From positions 48,672,001 through 48,736,000 of the forward strand of contig NC_045707.1 of the NCBI RefSeq assembly GCF_009834535.1: a stretch of DNA of 64,000 nucleotides, read 5' to 3'. The notes beneath the pieces were generated by a model, which was not told where the DNA came from, did no database searches, and worked only from the letters and a program-made list of their open reading frames with translations. Positions within the stretch are counted from its first letter, which is position 1. Each line of letters begins with the position of its first letter. Both the position numbers and the translations under genes were made by a program. Source of the stretch: Camelus ferus (taxonomy: Eukaryota). Positions 13,031 through 25,559 of this stretch are shown piece by piece.

Positions 13031-14052
13031 ATCTTTATAATGTCTTCCTCTTAGGTGCTTTCATAGCATTTTATATCTCTTACTACATACATCTCATTAT
13101 ACATTGTGTTAGATTTTTTTTTTTGATATGTCTCCTCCATCTCTTACTAGATGTCATTTTGAAAATTCAAATTTCATCTTATTTACCATTATACCTGGGA
13201 CAACGTCTAGCCAGAGTCTTACACATGTTAGATGTTTAGCAAACCTTTACTAAAGTAAAGTCCTCATTAATTTTATTGGAAACCAGAACAAATTAGAAAA
13301 TAATTACTTAGTTAAGATTTAATTGAGCTAATTCCAGGTTATAAGTAAGGAAATAGGGGAAAGATGTAGATGCAAACCTTGGGTGTGGAGGAGCAAGACA
13401 TCACCAAAATGGAGTGAGTGAGCTTGTTTTCACATAGGAGGCTAATAAATGAAGGAAAGAGCAATTCAAAATAGGTTAGCTATAAACAACCATTACCCTT
13501 CAGGGTATTCAACTTAGAAAGATTCAACTTGGAGAGGAATCTATTTATGTACTGAAAATGTGCAACATACAGAGAAAAGCTGACATCTGATGTAAAGTAT
13601 ATGTATGTTTTCAAATCTGTGAAAGAAGAATGCGGGGAAGACAATGGTGTTTAAGCGTCTCAGGACAGGATTTTAAGGAAAAGGATGATATTAAAGAACA
13701 CGAGAAGTAGAGGGTGTTGACTCTCAGAAAAATTACTTTATTTAGATGAATTAAAAGGCAAAAATAAAAAGTTCATTAAAGCAGGCAGTCGAGAATAGCC
13801 CAATGATGGTCGTGATGTAGGGAGAGAAAGATATTTATGAAGTTGGAGTCAATGCAGTATTTTGTGTATAATAGTTCAGACTCAGACCATGTGAAAATAG
13901 GACAAGCAATGCTCTTAACTGACTTAAACATCTCTTTTAATAATGTTGAGAGGGATATATCGTTTCCTTTAATGATTTCATATATAGATATATAGATACC
14001 TTTTCCTGTACTTTCATCTGGGCCCCTGCTCCTTACGTATGGGAAGAATGTC

Positions 14053-15594
14053 CATTCCTACCAACAGTGTAGGAGGGTTCCCTTTTCTCCTCACCCTCTC
14101 CTTTACTATTTGTAGACTTTTTAATAATGGCCATTCTGACCAGTGTGAGGTGATACCTCATTGTAGTTTTTTGATTTACATTTCCCTAATAACTGGCAAT
14201 GTTGAGCATTTTTTCATGTGCCTCTTGGCCATCTGTATGTCTCCTTTGGAGGAGTGTCAACTTAGGTCTTCTGACCTTTTTTTGATTTTTTTTTTTATAT
14301 TGAGCTGTATGAGATGTTTGTATACTTGGAAATTAGGTCCTTGTTGATCACTTCATTTGCAAATATTTTCTCCCATTCTGTAGGTTGTCTTTTCATTTTG
14401 TTTATGATTTGATTTCCTTTGCTGTACAAAAGCTTGTAAGCTTGATGAGGTCTCATTTGTTTATTTTTGCTTTTATTTCTTTTGCCTTGGGAGACTGATC
14501 TAAGAAAGTGTTGCTACAATTTATGTCAGAGAATGTTTTGCCTATGTTCTCTTTTAGGGAGTTTATGGTGTCATGTATTATATTTAAATCTTAAAGCCAT
14601 TTTGAGTTTATTTTTGTGTATGGTGCAATGGAGTGTTCTAACTTCACTGATTCACGTGCAGCTGTCCAGCTTTCCCAGCACCAATTGCTGAAGAGACTGT
14701 CTTTTCTCCAGTGTATATTCTTGTCTCCTTTGTTGAAGATTAGTTGACCATATGTGTGTGGGTTTATTTCTGGGCTCTTGATTTTGTTTGTTGATCCATA
14801 TGTCTGTTTTTCTGCCAAAACCATTCTGTTTTGATTACTGTATCTTTGTGGTACTGTCTGAAGTCTGGGAGGATTATGTCTCTAGTTTTGTTTTTTTGCT
14901 TCAGGATTGCTTTGGCAATTTTGGGTCTTTTGTGGTTCCATATAAATTTTAGGATTATTTGTTCTAGTTCTGTGAAAAATGTCATGAGTAATTTGATATG
15001 GATCATATTAAATCTGTAGATTGCTTTGGGTAGAATGGCCATTTCAACTGTATTAATTCTTCCAATCCAAGAGCAAGGACCTCGTGGCACAACTGTAGCA
15101 CTTCTGACTGTAAGAGCATGGGCTATCTTTCAATTTCTTTGAATCATCTTCAGTTTCCTTTACCAATGTTTTATAGTTCTCAGCATATGAGTCTTTCACC
15201 TCCTTGGTCAGGCTTATTCCTAGGTTTGTTTGTTTGTTTTGATTAGATGGTAAATGGGATTGTTTCCTTAATTTATTTTCTGATATTTCATTGTCAGTGT
15301 AAAGAAATGCAACAGATTTCTGTATGTTAATTTTGTATCCTGCTACCTTGCTGAATTCATGCATCAGTTCTACTTTTTGTGTATGTGTGGAGTCTTTAGG
15401 GTTTTCTATATAGAGTATCATGTCATCTACATATAATGAAAAATTTACCTCTTCCTTTCCAATTTAGATCCCTTTTATTTATTTTTCTTGTCTGATTGCT
15501 GTGGCTAAGCTTGCAATACTATGTTGAATAGAAGTGGTGAGAATGGGCATTCTTGTCTGGTTCCAGATTTTAGCAGGAAGGATTTCAGTCTTTT
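14053..15594 (-). mobile_element. LINE-1 ORF2 fragment (RT motif to near the C-terminus), disrupted
   Basis: Minus strand reads [92 protein letters not shown], spread over several frameshifted ORFs. Confidence 0.95.
15078..15109 (+). pseudogene. Tailless retrocopy of the 5' half of tRNA-Trp(CCA)
   Basis: gacctcgtggcacaactgtagcacttctgact vs recalled tRNA-Trp GACCTCGTGGCGCAACGGTAGCGCGTCTGACT: 28/32 match, all 4 differences at the G of CpGs. Flanked by aagagcaag (15069-15077) / aagagcatg (15112-15120). Confidence 0.85.
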
Positions 15595-16389
15595 ATAATT
15601 TATGTAATTTAAATTTAAAAAAATTCATATAATCTATATAAATATTTTTATTATAGAAATAATATTAGGACAAGCAAAAATATTTTTAAGTATAAGTCTG
15701 TTACATTTGAAAAACTTCAATAGAAGAATTGAAATGGAAATATGAGTTCAAAGATTAAAAGGACTGATTGAAAATTTCTGGCTGCCAAAGAAGAGCTTGT
15801 TCATGTGTACTTTAATGGCTGGTCATGGGTGACATATTGTTTTGCAATTTAAATTTTATTGGAGACATTTAAAAAATATAGTTTTCTTTTTTAAAGTCAG
15901 TATTTATAATATACTATAAATAAAATCCTTTGGCACTATATATATTGCAAATGGAAAATTTTAGATTATCAACTTAAAATAGGTAAGAGAGTACATGATT
16001 TAAAAAAAATATATCTTTTTAGAGGGTAAATGAGAAAAAAGCCTGGAGATCAGTGCTTTAACCCGACTGATATGGGTAAGATGTGCTATCTTGGAGTAAG
16101 TATCTTTTGCTTTCTTCCATCATAAAATTCAGTACAATTTTTTTGTAGTAGTCTATTTACTTATGAGATTCTTCCACTAAACAGGAAGCTCTTTGTTGTC
16201 AGGTATCATGCCTTATGTAAGCAGTCTTGGGACAGAGGACTTCAATGAATGTTTTTGGACTGAATGCACAGATGAACTGATTTGTTTTGAGTGCAGAGTT
16301 CTCAGTGATTTTTATGATTTTGTGTACCACCACTTATGCTTTGATTCTTCTAAATTTTACGATCTTCATAAATGATATCAACATCTTAA

Positions 16390-16550
16390 TACAGTAGAAA
16401 GAGTAATATAGTAAAATTTTGAATGTAGCCCAGTCTCTGACACAATTACGCAATTTAAGCAAGTCACAAATTCTTTAAGCCCCAAATTTCCTTATTTGTA
16501 AAGTCAGAGCCTTTAACTGAACACATTCTTAGGTCCCTTCCTGCCCTAAA
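16390..16550 (+). mobile_element. MIR3-like SINE
   Basis: gcaagtcacaaattctttaagccccaaatttccttatttgtaaag...ttcttaggtcccttcc. Confidence 0.65.
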
Positions 16551-16904
16551 TAGATTTTATTTTCCTCTAAGGTCAAAAGTGACTTAATTCATAAGTTACT
16601 TATTTCCTGTACATTCACAACTAAAAGTGCACAAGAATGGCTTCTGCCTCATTGCCCTGGTCATGACTCTGCTGTCCTTGGTAAGAAAGAAGTAACGGTA
16701 ACTGAAATGAACTAACAGCTGTCTATGATTACTGAACATTTACGTATAAAACTAAAGAGGATTTTATACATCAACTAGTTCCATTTTTATTTTCAAAATG
16801 AAAAAGAGGTAAAAAATGTTTAAATCCCTTGCCCACTGTGACACAGAGCTATTATCAAAGTTTAGGATAAAATTTGATCTCCTTCTCAGTTCAGTGCTAG
16901 TACC

Positions 16905-17050
16905 ATCAGTAATGGTTAAGAATTCAAGTTTTAGAGTCAAGTATATCTGAATTGAAATCTCAGCCACAGAGTTTGCTTTGAGGTTATTAAATAAAGTTCT
17001 AAAATCCTAGGCATACAGAACAGAACCAAATTAAGTGACAGCTATGATGA
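16905..17050 (+). mobile_element. MIR fragment, internally deleted
   Basis: agtaatggttaagaattcaagttttagagtcaag..ctgaattgaaatctcagc resembles the MIR head. Confidence 0.5.
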
Positions 17051-17284
17051 TTATTATACCATTCAGTACAAGGATGAAATGTATTCAGTTGCTAGTGATA
17101 ATTTTAATCTTAATACCATATTTAACACACAAAAACAGAGTCTTAAAAATTATGCCTATCAATTTAACTTTTGGTGCTTTAAATTTTACCAAATATCTTT
17201 AAAATGGTACTGGAACCCACAAACTGAAAATAATTATTTGTCAATTAACCTGTCTGCCTACTTGTTTATCAATTGTATATAAAT

Positions 17285-17375
17285 TGAATTCAAGAAATGG
17301 TTATTGGATATTGTGTGCTGGTCTCTGTGTTAGGCACAGGGGATTCACAGAAGAATAAAGCATAATCCAGTCTCT
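17285..17375 (-). mobile_element. LINE-2 3' end
   Basis: attcaagaaatggttattgg...tctgtgttaggcacaggggattcacag. Confidence 0.55.
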
Positions 17376-18113
17376 AACTTCAATTTCAAGTTGACATTTT
17401 AAGTAAAAGATCCTCGTAAGTGTATGAACCAATTCCTACAGGAGCTATACCTGGTGCTGTAATACTGAAATTAAGAAATTGGCTCTGCAACCCAAGATCC
17501 CTGTAGTATATCCCTTGTCCCTCTTGATATTAAATTGCCTCATCCTATATGATATCAATTGACATGTAATAAAAACTGTTGTATCAGATTTCCCTTAAGT
17601 GATGAAAAATCCTAACTGCATGGAACTCAAGTTTACTTAACCCATTTAAAAGAGACCTTGGAACATGGTATCTATCTGAAAAGAGTGAAGAAGGGTTGAG
17701 AACACAAGATTCAGCATTACAAACAAAGAAAATCAGAATTACAAACTGCTCTGTGCTCAGAACAGTTCAGATTTTGTAATCAGAGCTCTCCCAGATGTTC
17801 TCAAAGAGTTAGCCCAGGGCAATCATGTGAAAAATAAGCAGATGAGGCAATGAGAGAAATATATATCCTGGGGATTTGCTTCTTTATAACAAAACTCCTT
17901 TAAAGTAATTTATCAAATTCACCGGAGAATTGAGGACATTTAGCATAGCTTATAAAACGTTATACATAGTGCTCTTTTTTTGAAAACTGAAAAAGCTGCA
18001 GTTTTTGATTAGCCTTTATTTATAATATTGGATTGCCACTTGTCATAAATAGGAGTGAGGATGAGAAAAAAAAAATGTTGTCATTAGACAACAGTGAAAT
18101 CGAAGTTGGAAGT

Positions 18114-18156
18114 TAATAGAGTTTATAAACTAATAGTTTAAACTAATAGAGTTTAT
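18114..18156. repeat. Short imperfect tandem repeat (~17-bp unit)
   Basis: taatagagtttataaac / taatagtttaaac / taatagagtttata. Confidence 0.7.
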
Positions 18157-19287
18157 ACTTGAGGACATATTTAAAAACATGTCACATGTGTACATGTAAA
18201 TAAGGCATTGACCATAAGAGCAAGCCCCCATTTCTGCTTTTGAACAAAGAACACATTCTGTGGATCTTAAGTCCATAAACATCAGGAACTAATCTCTTAC
18301 ATAAGCCATTTCTATTATCTTCTCCAAAGCTGAGGTCATACACTAGGGAGATAGGGTGAGCTTTTTATTTAACACACACCCATTGCTGGCTGACTATACT
18401 ATGTAAGTAAATTTGTTACCCTATTAATTATATGAGCTGAAAATGATTCTCATTCATATCAATAAGAAGACTGTAGATGCCTTTATAGTAAGTAAAGGTA
18501 GAGATTACTTTAAAATATTTTGAAGAATTTTGTAAACACACAAAATTAGGACAGAGTCTGTTGCCAGCTGTAGAACTGCTTTTAATTAAAACCTTGTTCA
18601 ACATGCTTACTGCAGAGCTTTCTTATTTTCCTGTTACACAAAGATGTACTGAATCAGCAATTATTGAGCCCTGGACACATTATAAAACTTCCTTCTGAGA
18701 TTATTTAGCCAACAAAATCAGCTGTGATTCATTAGATAATAGCACCACCAGGAAGAATATTCCTAGGTTCTCCCTCAGTTATAGGTCTTCGGTGGCTATG
18801 GAACACAAAGGCCCAAAACTGAAAGGGCCTCCTCATTTCAAATTTAACAGAGGTCTCTTTAATGAGATGGTAAAGTTAAACTTACATAATGTAAGGCCAG
18901 TGAGTCTATTAAACGGAGTATAAAAGTTAGATAAACTGGGTTCCATTCACAACTTTGTTAGTGATTGCTTTGCTATATGCCCTAGTATGACTGTTACTCA
19001 GTATTTACTTAGCACAGAAAGTCAAGTCAACTTTGTCTATTAAGAAATGCTGTGCAATTTTCATATAATATGGTGCATGGACCAGAACAACTCCATAGGA
19101 CCTAATTCTTCAGCATTTGCTTGGACTCCTAGAGACCATCTGGCCAAAATTTGCTGCTTTTTCTAACACTGGATTTGTGTGTTTTGTCACTAGCTATATG
19201 GAATATATCAAATTTCTGTTATCTTGTCACTCTCTACTTTCTGAGGAAGGTATTTGCAATGGTAAAAGAAGAACTTTCAAAACCACA

Positions 19288-19520
19288 TTCTTCTGGAGAT
19301 CTAATGCACAGTATAATGATTACGGTCAACAATATTGTATTATATACTTCAAAGTTGCCAAGAGACTAGATATTAAGTGTTCTCACCTCAAAAAAAGAAA
19401 TGATAGTTATGTGATATGATAGAGGTGGTAATCATATTATAATATGTAAATGTATCAAATTAATACACTGTAAACCTTAAACTTACACAATGCTATATGT
19501 CAATCATATCTTAATTTTAA
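19288..19520 (+). mobile_element. LINE-1 3' end (L1MA9/10-like)
   Basis: ttctggagatctaatgcacag...aaagttgccaagagactagat...aaccttaaacttacacaatg. Confidence 0.85.
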
Positions 19521-19589
19521 GAAGATTATATTCCACTAAATATTCTAAGAATTATAAAGTGATTAAACTGGTATATAAACGTTCTTCAA

Positions 19590-21150
19590 AAATGACAAAA
19601 TCATAATTACAGTTAGGGAATTCTAAATCTCCCTCTCAGAAATAGACCTACAAAGGAGAAAATCAGCAAGGATAAGGAAGATATAAACAACACAACTAAG
19701 CACAACAATATAATTGACATTTAGAGAACATTCTATACAACTATAGCTAGATACACATTTTTTCAAGGAATCATGAAACATTCTCCAAGAGAGACCAAAT
19801 GCAGGTAATAACATAAACCTCAAAAACTTTAAAAGAACTGAAAATCATAGTTCCCATAATGGACCTTAAACATTGATAACAGAGAGACAAGGAAGTCTCC
19901 ATACATTTGGAAATTAAATATGCTACTTAATAATTACGGTTTGAAAAGAAATTCTCAGAGGATATAAAATGCATAGAACTGAATGAAAATACAAAATATC
20001 AAAATATGTGGAATGCAAGTAGAAATGTTCTGAGAGGAGAATATATAGCACAAAATATTTATGTTAATTTATTTTAAATTTATGTTGAGATTTATTCAGT
20101 TTAATTTATGTTAAAAAAGTAAAAGTCTCAAATCAATAATCTAAATCCTAAACTCAAGATACTAGAAAGCTAAAAGTAAAATAATGCAAAGCAAGCAAAG
20201 AGTAGAATAATAAGGACAAGAACAGAAATCAATGATATTGTAAAGCAGAAAACAATAGAGAAAATCAATGAGACAAAGAAGTTGTTAAAATTGATGAACC
20301 TCTACTCTAGCAGGACTGACAAAAATAAAAAGAGAAAAAACACAAATGACACATATCTGGCCTATAACTACAGTTTCTACAGCTATTAAAAGGCTAAGAA
20401 AGGAATACTATGAATGACTTATGCTCATAATTCAAACTAGATTAATGAATAGACCAATTCATTGTAAGCCAAAAAGTACAAATCTCACCGAAAGTGAAAT
20501 CGATCATTTGAATAATCCTATAACCTTTAAAGAGACTGAATTCATAATTAAATGTTTCCTGAAGAAGTAATCTCCATACCCAAATAGCTTTACTGGAGAA
20601 TTCCACAACTCATTTAAAACAGAATGAACACTAATTCTACCCAATCTTTTTCAGAAAAAAGAAAAGGTGGAGAAACTTCTCAATTCATTTTATGATACTA
20701 GAATTACCCAGATAGCAAAACTAGGCAAAGACAGTACCAATCAAAATAAAACAAAACAAAGTAATGTTCACAAAAATACTTATATAAGAATGTTCACAGT
20801 AGCTTTATCCATAATAGCTCCAAACTGGAAACAATTCAGATGTTCTTCAACCAGTGAATGGATAAACAAACTGTGGTACATTCATACCTTAGAACACTAC
20901 TCAGCAACAAAAAAGTAACAAGCTGTCCTACATCAGAACTCAGATAAATTTCAAGGAATTATGCTCAGCAAAAAAGAAAATGACAAAAGTTGCATTTTAT
21001 ATGATTCCACTTATGTAACACTCCTGACTTGACAGAATTATAGAGACGGAGAAAAGATTAGTGGTTGTCAGGTGTTATGGATGCTGGAGGGTAGGGAAGG
21101 TAGGTGTTGTTGTGTAAGTATAACCAGAGGCATCTTTGCAATGATAATTT
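19590..21150 (+). mobile_element. Old LINE-1 (L1M): ORF2 endonuclease end and linker joined to an L1MC/D/E-type 3' region
   Basis: aatatcaaaatatgtggaatgca, aatagagaaaatcaatgagacaaag, tttactggagaattccac; then MFTVALSIIAPNWKQFRCSSTSEWINKLWYIHTLE (ORF 20667-20918) and a 3' UTR. Confidence 0.85.
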
Positions 21151-21479
21151 GTAAAGTTATATTTTAAAAAATAAAGAGAAAATAAGGTAAAAAGGCAAGT
21201 CTTAAGAGCACTACTGAGGTAGGTAGTTCTAGAAATAAGAAATCAAACAATGTCCTTTGAAACATCCATAGGACTTTGAATTCATGTAAAAATACAGCAA
21301 ATATTGCTGCAATATAAATAGAAAAACAAATACTTATTAATATATAAAATACCTTAATCTTTCTGGGAAGAAAAAAGCATTAGATATGATACTTAAATTT
21401 TCAGAAAATACCAACCAGCAATTCTTCTGAGAAGGTTTTGCGTGGTTATTCAAGAACTTTAAACATGGCCACATACTTA

Positions 21480-21760
21480 GTCATAAAATTCAGTCCATTC
21501 TTGGCATCAACATTTCAGAGGATTATGAATCATTTCAGAGCGTTTAAAAGAATTTCAGAAAATGAGTAAAGAGTTGGAAGAATTATATCTGTAAATTAAA
21601 GCTAGAGGAATCAGCATTGTTTGAGGTAGGAAAGAAAATGAAACCAAGAAGCTTCAAGTTTTGCAAAACATTATTTACCAATAATAGTTGTTGACTGTTT
21701 ATACAGAGACTGAAGCAGGGTGACACAGGTTTACTTCTCTACTTAAAAAAGTTATAGACC
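21480..21760 (+). mobile_element. L3/CR1 LINE fragment
   Basis: ttcagtccattcttggcatcaacatttcagagga...gaggaatcagcattgtttgaggtaggaaagaaa resembles the CR1 ORF2 3' region. Confidence 0.5.
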
Positions 21761-21950
21761 CAATAATGAAGCTACTTCAATGGGTACACAATAAGAACTT
21801 TACTTAACCCTTACATTGTTAAATAGAAATTGTTTGCCAATAAAAATGGAGACACTGAGAGGGCTTGTATATGCACAACAAACGGTAGAATTTTAGTTCT
21901 AATTAAGACTGGCTAATTTCAAGATTCAGATTCCTAATCAATACACCAGG

Positions 21951-22189
21951 TCAGGTCAGCAAACTACAACAACCCATGAACAAATCCAGCCTCAGTAGGG
22001 TTTTGTATAGCCCATGAGTTAAGAATAATTTTTATGTTTTTAACCATTTAAAGGTTAAATAATCAAAAGAATAATAATTCATGGCAAGTGAAAGTTCTGT
22101 GAAGTGCAAATAGTTGACTAGTTGCAACAGAGAAGGTGTGGACCACAAAGCTTAAAATATTTTTTACAGAAAAATTTTACTGGCCCCTG
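21951..22189 (+). mobile_element. MER58B-like hAT-Charlie element
   Basis: caggtcagcaaactac...gttttgtatagcccatgagttaagaat...tttacagaaaaattttactggcccctg. Confidence 0.8.
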
Positions 22190-23572
22190 CACAAGGGTAC
22201 CCTTTGTAGTAAAAACAATTTCTTCTCTCATGTATTGTAATGCAAGATATATGCTCCCTCTTGTGTGAGGAACAGATAAACTTAGAAATTTCTTGAAGCA
22301 AAGAAAGCAAACTAAACAGCTTTTCAAAGAATTTCTAAAGCAATTGTTCTTTGTACTTTTAAGCCCTGGAAAATATATAGGAAAATTGGAATGGGAACCT
22401 GATGTTTCTCAAGTCACAGCACAATGGAAATAGTAATGAACATTCCATTTACTGGGTGGAACATATGGTCTGGATCAGTATGTGTCCAAGTCATGTAACT
22501 CACCTTTTATGTTCTATAATATTAATCACTAAATTCACTTTTTAAAAAGTCAAACAAAAATATAAACCTCAGGTTGATATTTCTGAAAAGAATTCAAGTA
22601 AATAAATGTATTAACAGTAATGCTATCAGTGCATTATTTTCTTAAATAAAATATTGAAGATGTCTACAAAAGAAATGAGTGAAAGGAAATAAAAGTTCTT
22701 ATATCTAAGGCTCTGTTTCAAAACCTGTAATGATATACTCAGCTGAGTAGTCATAATAGCAAACCCTGAATGTTGCTCAACACCCCTTCAAACAGTGAAG
22801 CAGACTGTTTGGGGAAAGATGGATGGGAAGGTAATTCCTTTTTACTTTCTTGCTCTTTTCATTTCAGAGATGTTCTCCAATTCCCTTCAGCATATTTCTC
22901 TCTTCCTAGAGGGCTCCTACTTTTTATTTTATATGTAGGTAAATTCTTTCACAATTAGACATTGTGCAGATTCCCATTTTTATTAATTAAGCTAGTCTTT
23001 GAGAATCACTGTATTAGAAGAAGGAATTTAATATTTGAAAAACTCGTGGGACTCTAGCAAACACAATGTAGCACTTATTCAAACAAATATTGCATTCTGT
23101 CTTGATATCAGTCTTTTTTTCCATTTATAAATTAAAATAAACAATCTCTAAACTAACTCCTTTCCATGGCCACCCTCAAATAGGCAAGTAACTGGAGGCT
23201 AATAAAGATAAACATGATAATAGACTCAACCTTTTAAAAAAGAATTCATCCTCCTCAGTCAATTAGCCATCATTTTCTTTCAGTAGTAGTTTTGGGTTAA
23301 ATAGGTTGGGAGGCATAAAGGGGACATTTTTAAGAACACAGGCTATTTCATGCTGGAGGCAAAACTGATTTCATATCTTTGATCAAGCATTTTCTAAATC
23401 CAGACCTTGGCATAATATTACTTATAATGTGATTAGTAAAGAAAGGAAAATGAATTCTGACTGGACAGACTAGGAGAAGCCATTGTATGATTCATTAGTG
23501 GCTTCAGCAGTTGAAGTTAAGAAAGAACTAACAAGTTCTGTTTTTCTGTGACTGAGAATGGATGCCTTGAGA

Positions 23573-23589
23573 GGTTCAGAAAAAGTTCA
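23573..23589 (+). promoter_or_regulatory. Perfect DR5 nuclear-receptor element (candidate RARE)
   Basis: GGTTCA gaaaa AGTTCA in apparently unique sequence; motif match only, no functional evidence. Confidence 0.4.
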
Positions 23590-24187
23590 CATTGCCCTTG
23601 AACAAATATGTTTTCCACATTTCATCGCCAGAATGGAGAGAAACAGAAGGGCCAGAAATTAGTGAAAAATTCTGATCTCATTTTGTGTTTCTGGACTACC
23701 CTAGAGTAGGAAGTACCAAAATTCACCCTGGAGAGACTAATGCTTTTTTCCTGTTGTTTTTGCCAGAAGTGAAAAGTATTTTGCATAGCTCTACGCCTAA
23801 GCTAACAAGAGACTCTAAAATTTAAATTTTTTTCAAGCTCTCAAAAGCTGACATACTTTCATATATCCAGCTAAAGACTCAAATATTATTTTTAAAATTA
23901 TATATGGGAATGACAGGCTAACTGTAAAATATTTTATTTATATTAGAATTAGTATTTCTTTTCCCCCAAAGAAAATTATGATAAAAAAGTATATTTTTAT
24001 TTAGATATTAAAATACAACTCTTTCCTTGGTCATTAAGCAATATTTAATTTCCCCTGAAGTAAATTATGTTAACTTTTAAAATCTTTGCCTTACTATAGC
24101 ATAAAATGCTGTGAAAACTAGACAATCTGTGGAAAACTAAGCTGGGAGATGCTGAGACAGTTTTACATTTCCTAAATTTCAGGATTG

Positions 24188-24208
24188 ATGTATGTATGTA
24201 TGTATGTA
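24188..24208. repeat. (ATGT)n microsatellite
   Basis: atgtatgtatgtatgtatgta. Confidence 0.9.
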
Positions 24209-24409
24209 CAGACGTATATATTCATTTACTCATAGTAGATCTTTTATTTCCCAGATAATATTTTGAAATTAAATATCTATGGGCAATTTTCACCCATGGA
24301 TTTCACATTGTATCTAGTTTGTTTCTCCATTACACTGGACATTTTAAAAGATTTTCAAGACATATAGAAAATGTCACTATTTCTATGATTTAAGATATAG
24401 GTGAAAAAA

Positions 24410-24605
24410 TAATACTGATTGGGTTTCAAATTTTAGCTTTCCCACTAAATAAATGAATAGCTTTCAGCAAGTTACATGTCTTCTGACTCTCAGATTTCTT
24501 GCCATGAATATGGAATAATAATATACTTTTTGGATGTTATAATTAGTAAGTGAAGTAATCTGTAAAATACCCACCGTAGTATCAGACCCAAAGTATGTGA
24601 TCCAG
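24410..24605 (+). mobile_element. MIR SINE
   Basis: tgggtttcaaattttagctttcccact...gcaagttacatgtcttctgactctcagatttct...gaataataata. Confidence 0.7.
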
Positions 24606-25559
24606 AAAGAGGTGCTTCCCTACTTCTCTTTCCTTACCTTTCCTTCCTACAACATCTTTATTCTTGCTCTTCAAACATAATGGTGACAATAATGCTTATC
24701 TCATCAGCCCACTATGTCTGTATTGCTGGAACGCTGTCTTTTCCTCTTTGTGTTTGCAACCTCTGGGATGCTGTCTATCAGGGTCTAGTAAATATTTGTA
24801 GAATGAATGTTAAATGTTCTTTATGCATGTGGAAGGAGCTCAGAAGTCCAATTCCAAACAATCACCCGTTATTCAGAACAGAATAACACCTTCCTTGCTA
24901 TTCCAAGGTTGCTATTTCTAGTTAGACTTACAGTTAACACTTAAGTGTTCTTATGGTTGTTCTAAAAAATAATCTTGACTACTGATAAGTTGCCTCCTAG
25001 GTGTAAACTCCACAGTGTAAGGAATACTGCCTATTTTGTTCAGTAATATGTTACAAATGTTAAATAAATGTTTAATAGTTAAATAAACTGAGATTAGTTA
25101 GTGAATAAATGAAGAGCTAAGGTATGCTATAGGTGTTTGATTTTCACAGTCCATAACTGTCCAGGCTGCTGTGTTATTTTGCTGGAAGTTTTACTTCAAC
25201 TTTTGCCTGCAATTTACCTTACTCTATGGAGGCTATTTGGAAATTTCAGTGCTCTCTACTCAGGAGATGCACAGTCTGGTAGGTTTGTGCTAAAATACCC
25301 TTAATAGATAAAACCTCAAGACTATTGGCCAGCATTCAGGCTTGACATTTACCACCTAGTGGAACTCCAAAGTCATATTAATGGAAATATCCAATGTAGT
25401 TTAAATCCCCAAACTTAGTCCTTTAAAAGATCAGACAGATTCCTGCAGTTATATTTAAATGTTGGACAAATAATGATTAGCTAACTACCTACAAAGAGGC
25501 AGCCACTATGTGTGCTTCTTATATTAATTTTTTCAACAACCTTAATAGTATGTTTATTA

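Larger units (their letters stand above)
12400..13250 (+). mobile_element. LINE-2 3' fragment interrupted by MIR and MER5A
   Basis: L2-like ccccagtccactctacataactgctaaagtgat upstream and an L2 3' end (tgtctcctcc..tactagatg..acacatgttagatgtttagcaaa) downstream of the inserts. Confidence 0.55.

Noticed and set aside
14039..15019. Plus-strand ORFs 14039-14347, 14467-14691 and 14831-15019
   Set aside because: Antisense frames of the L1 ORF2 fragment.
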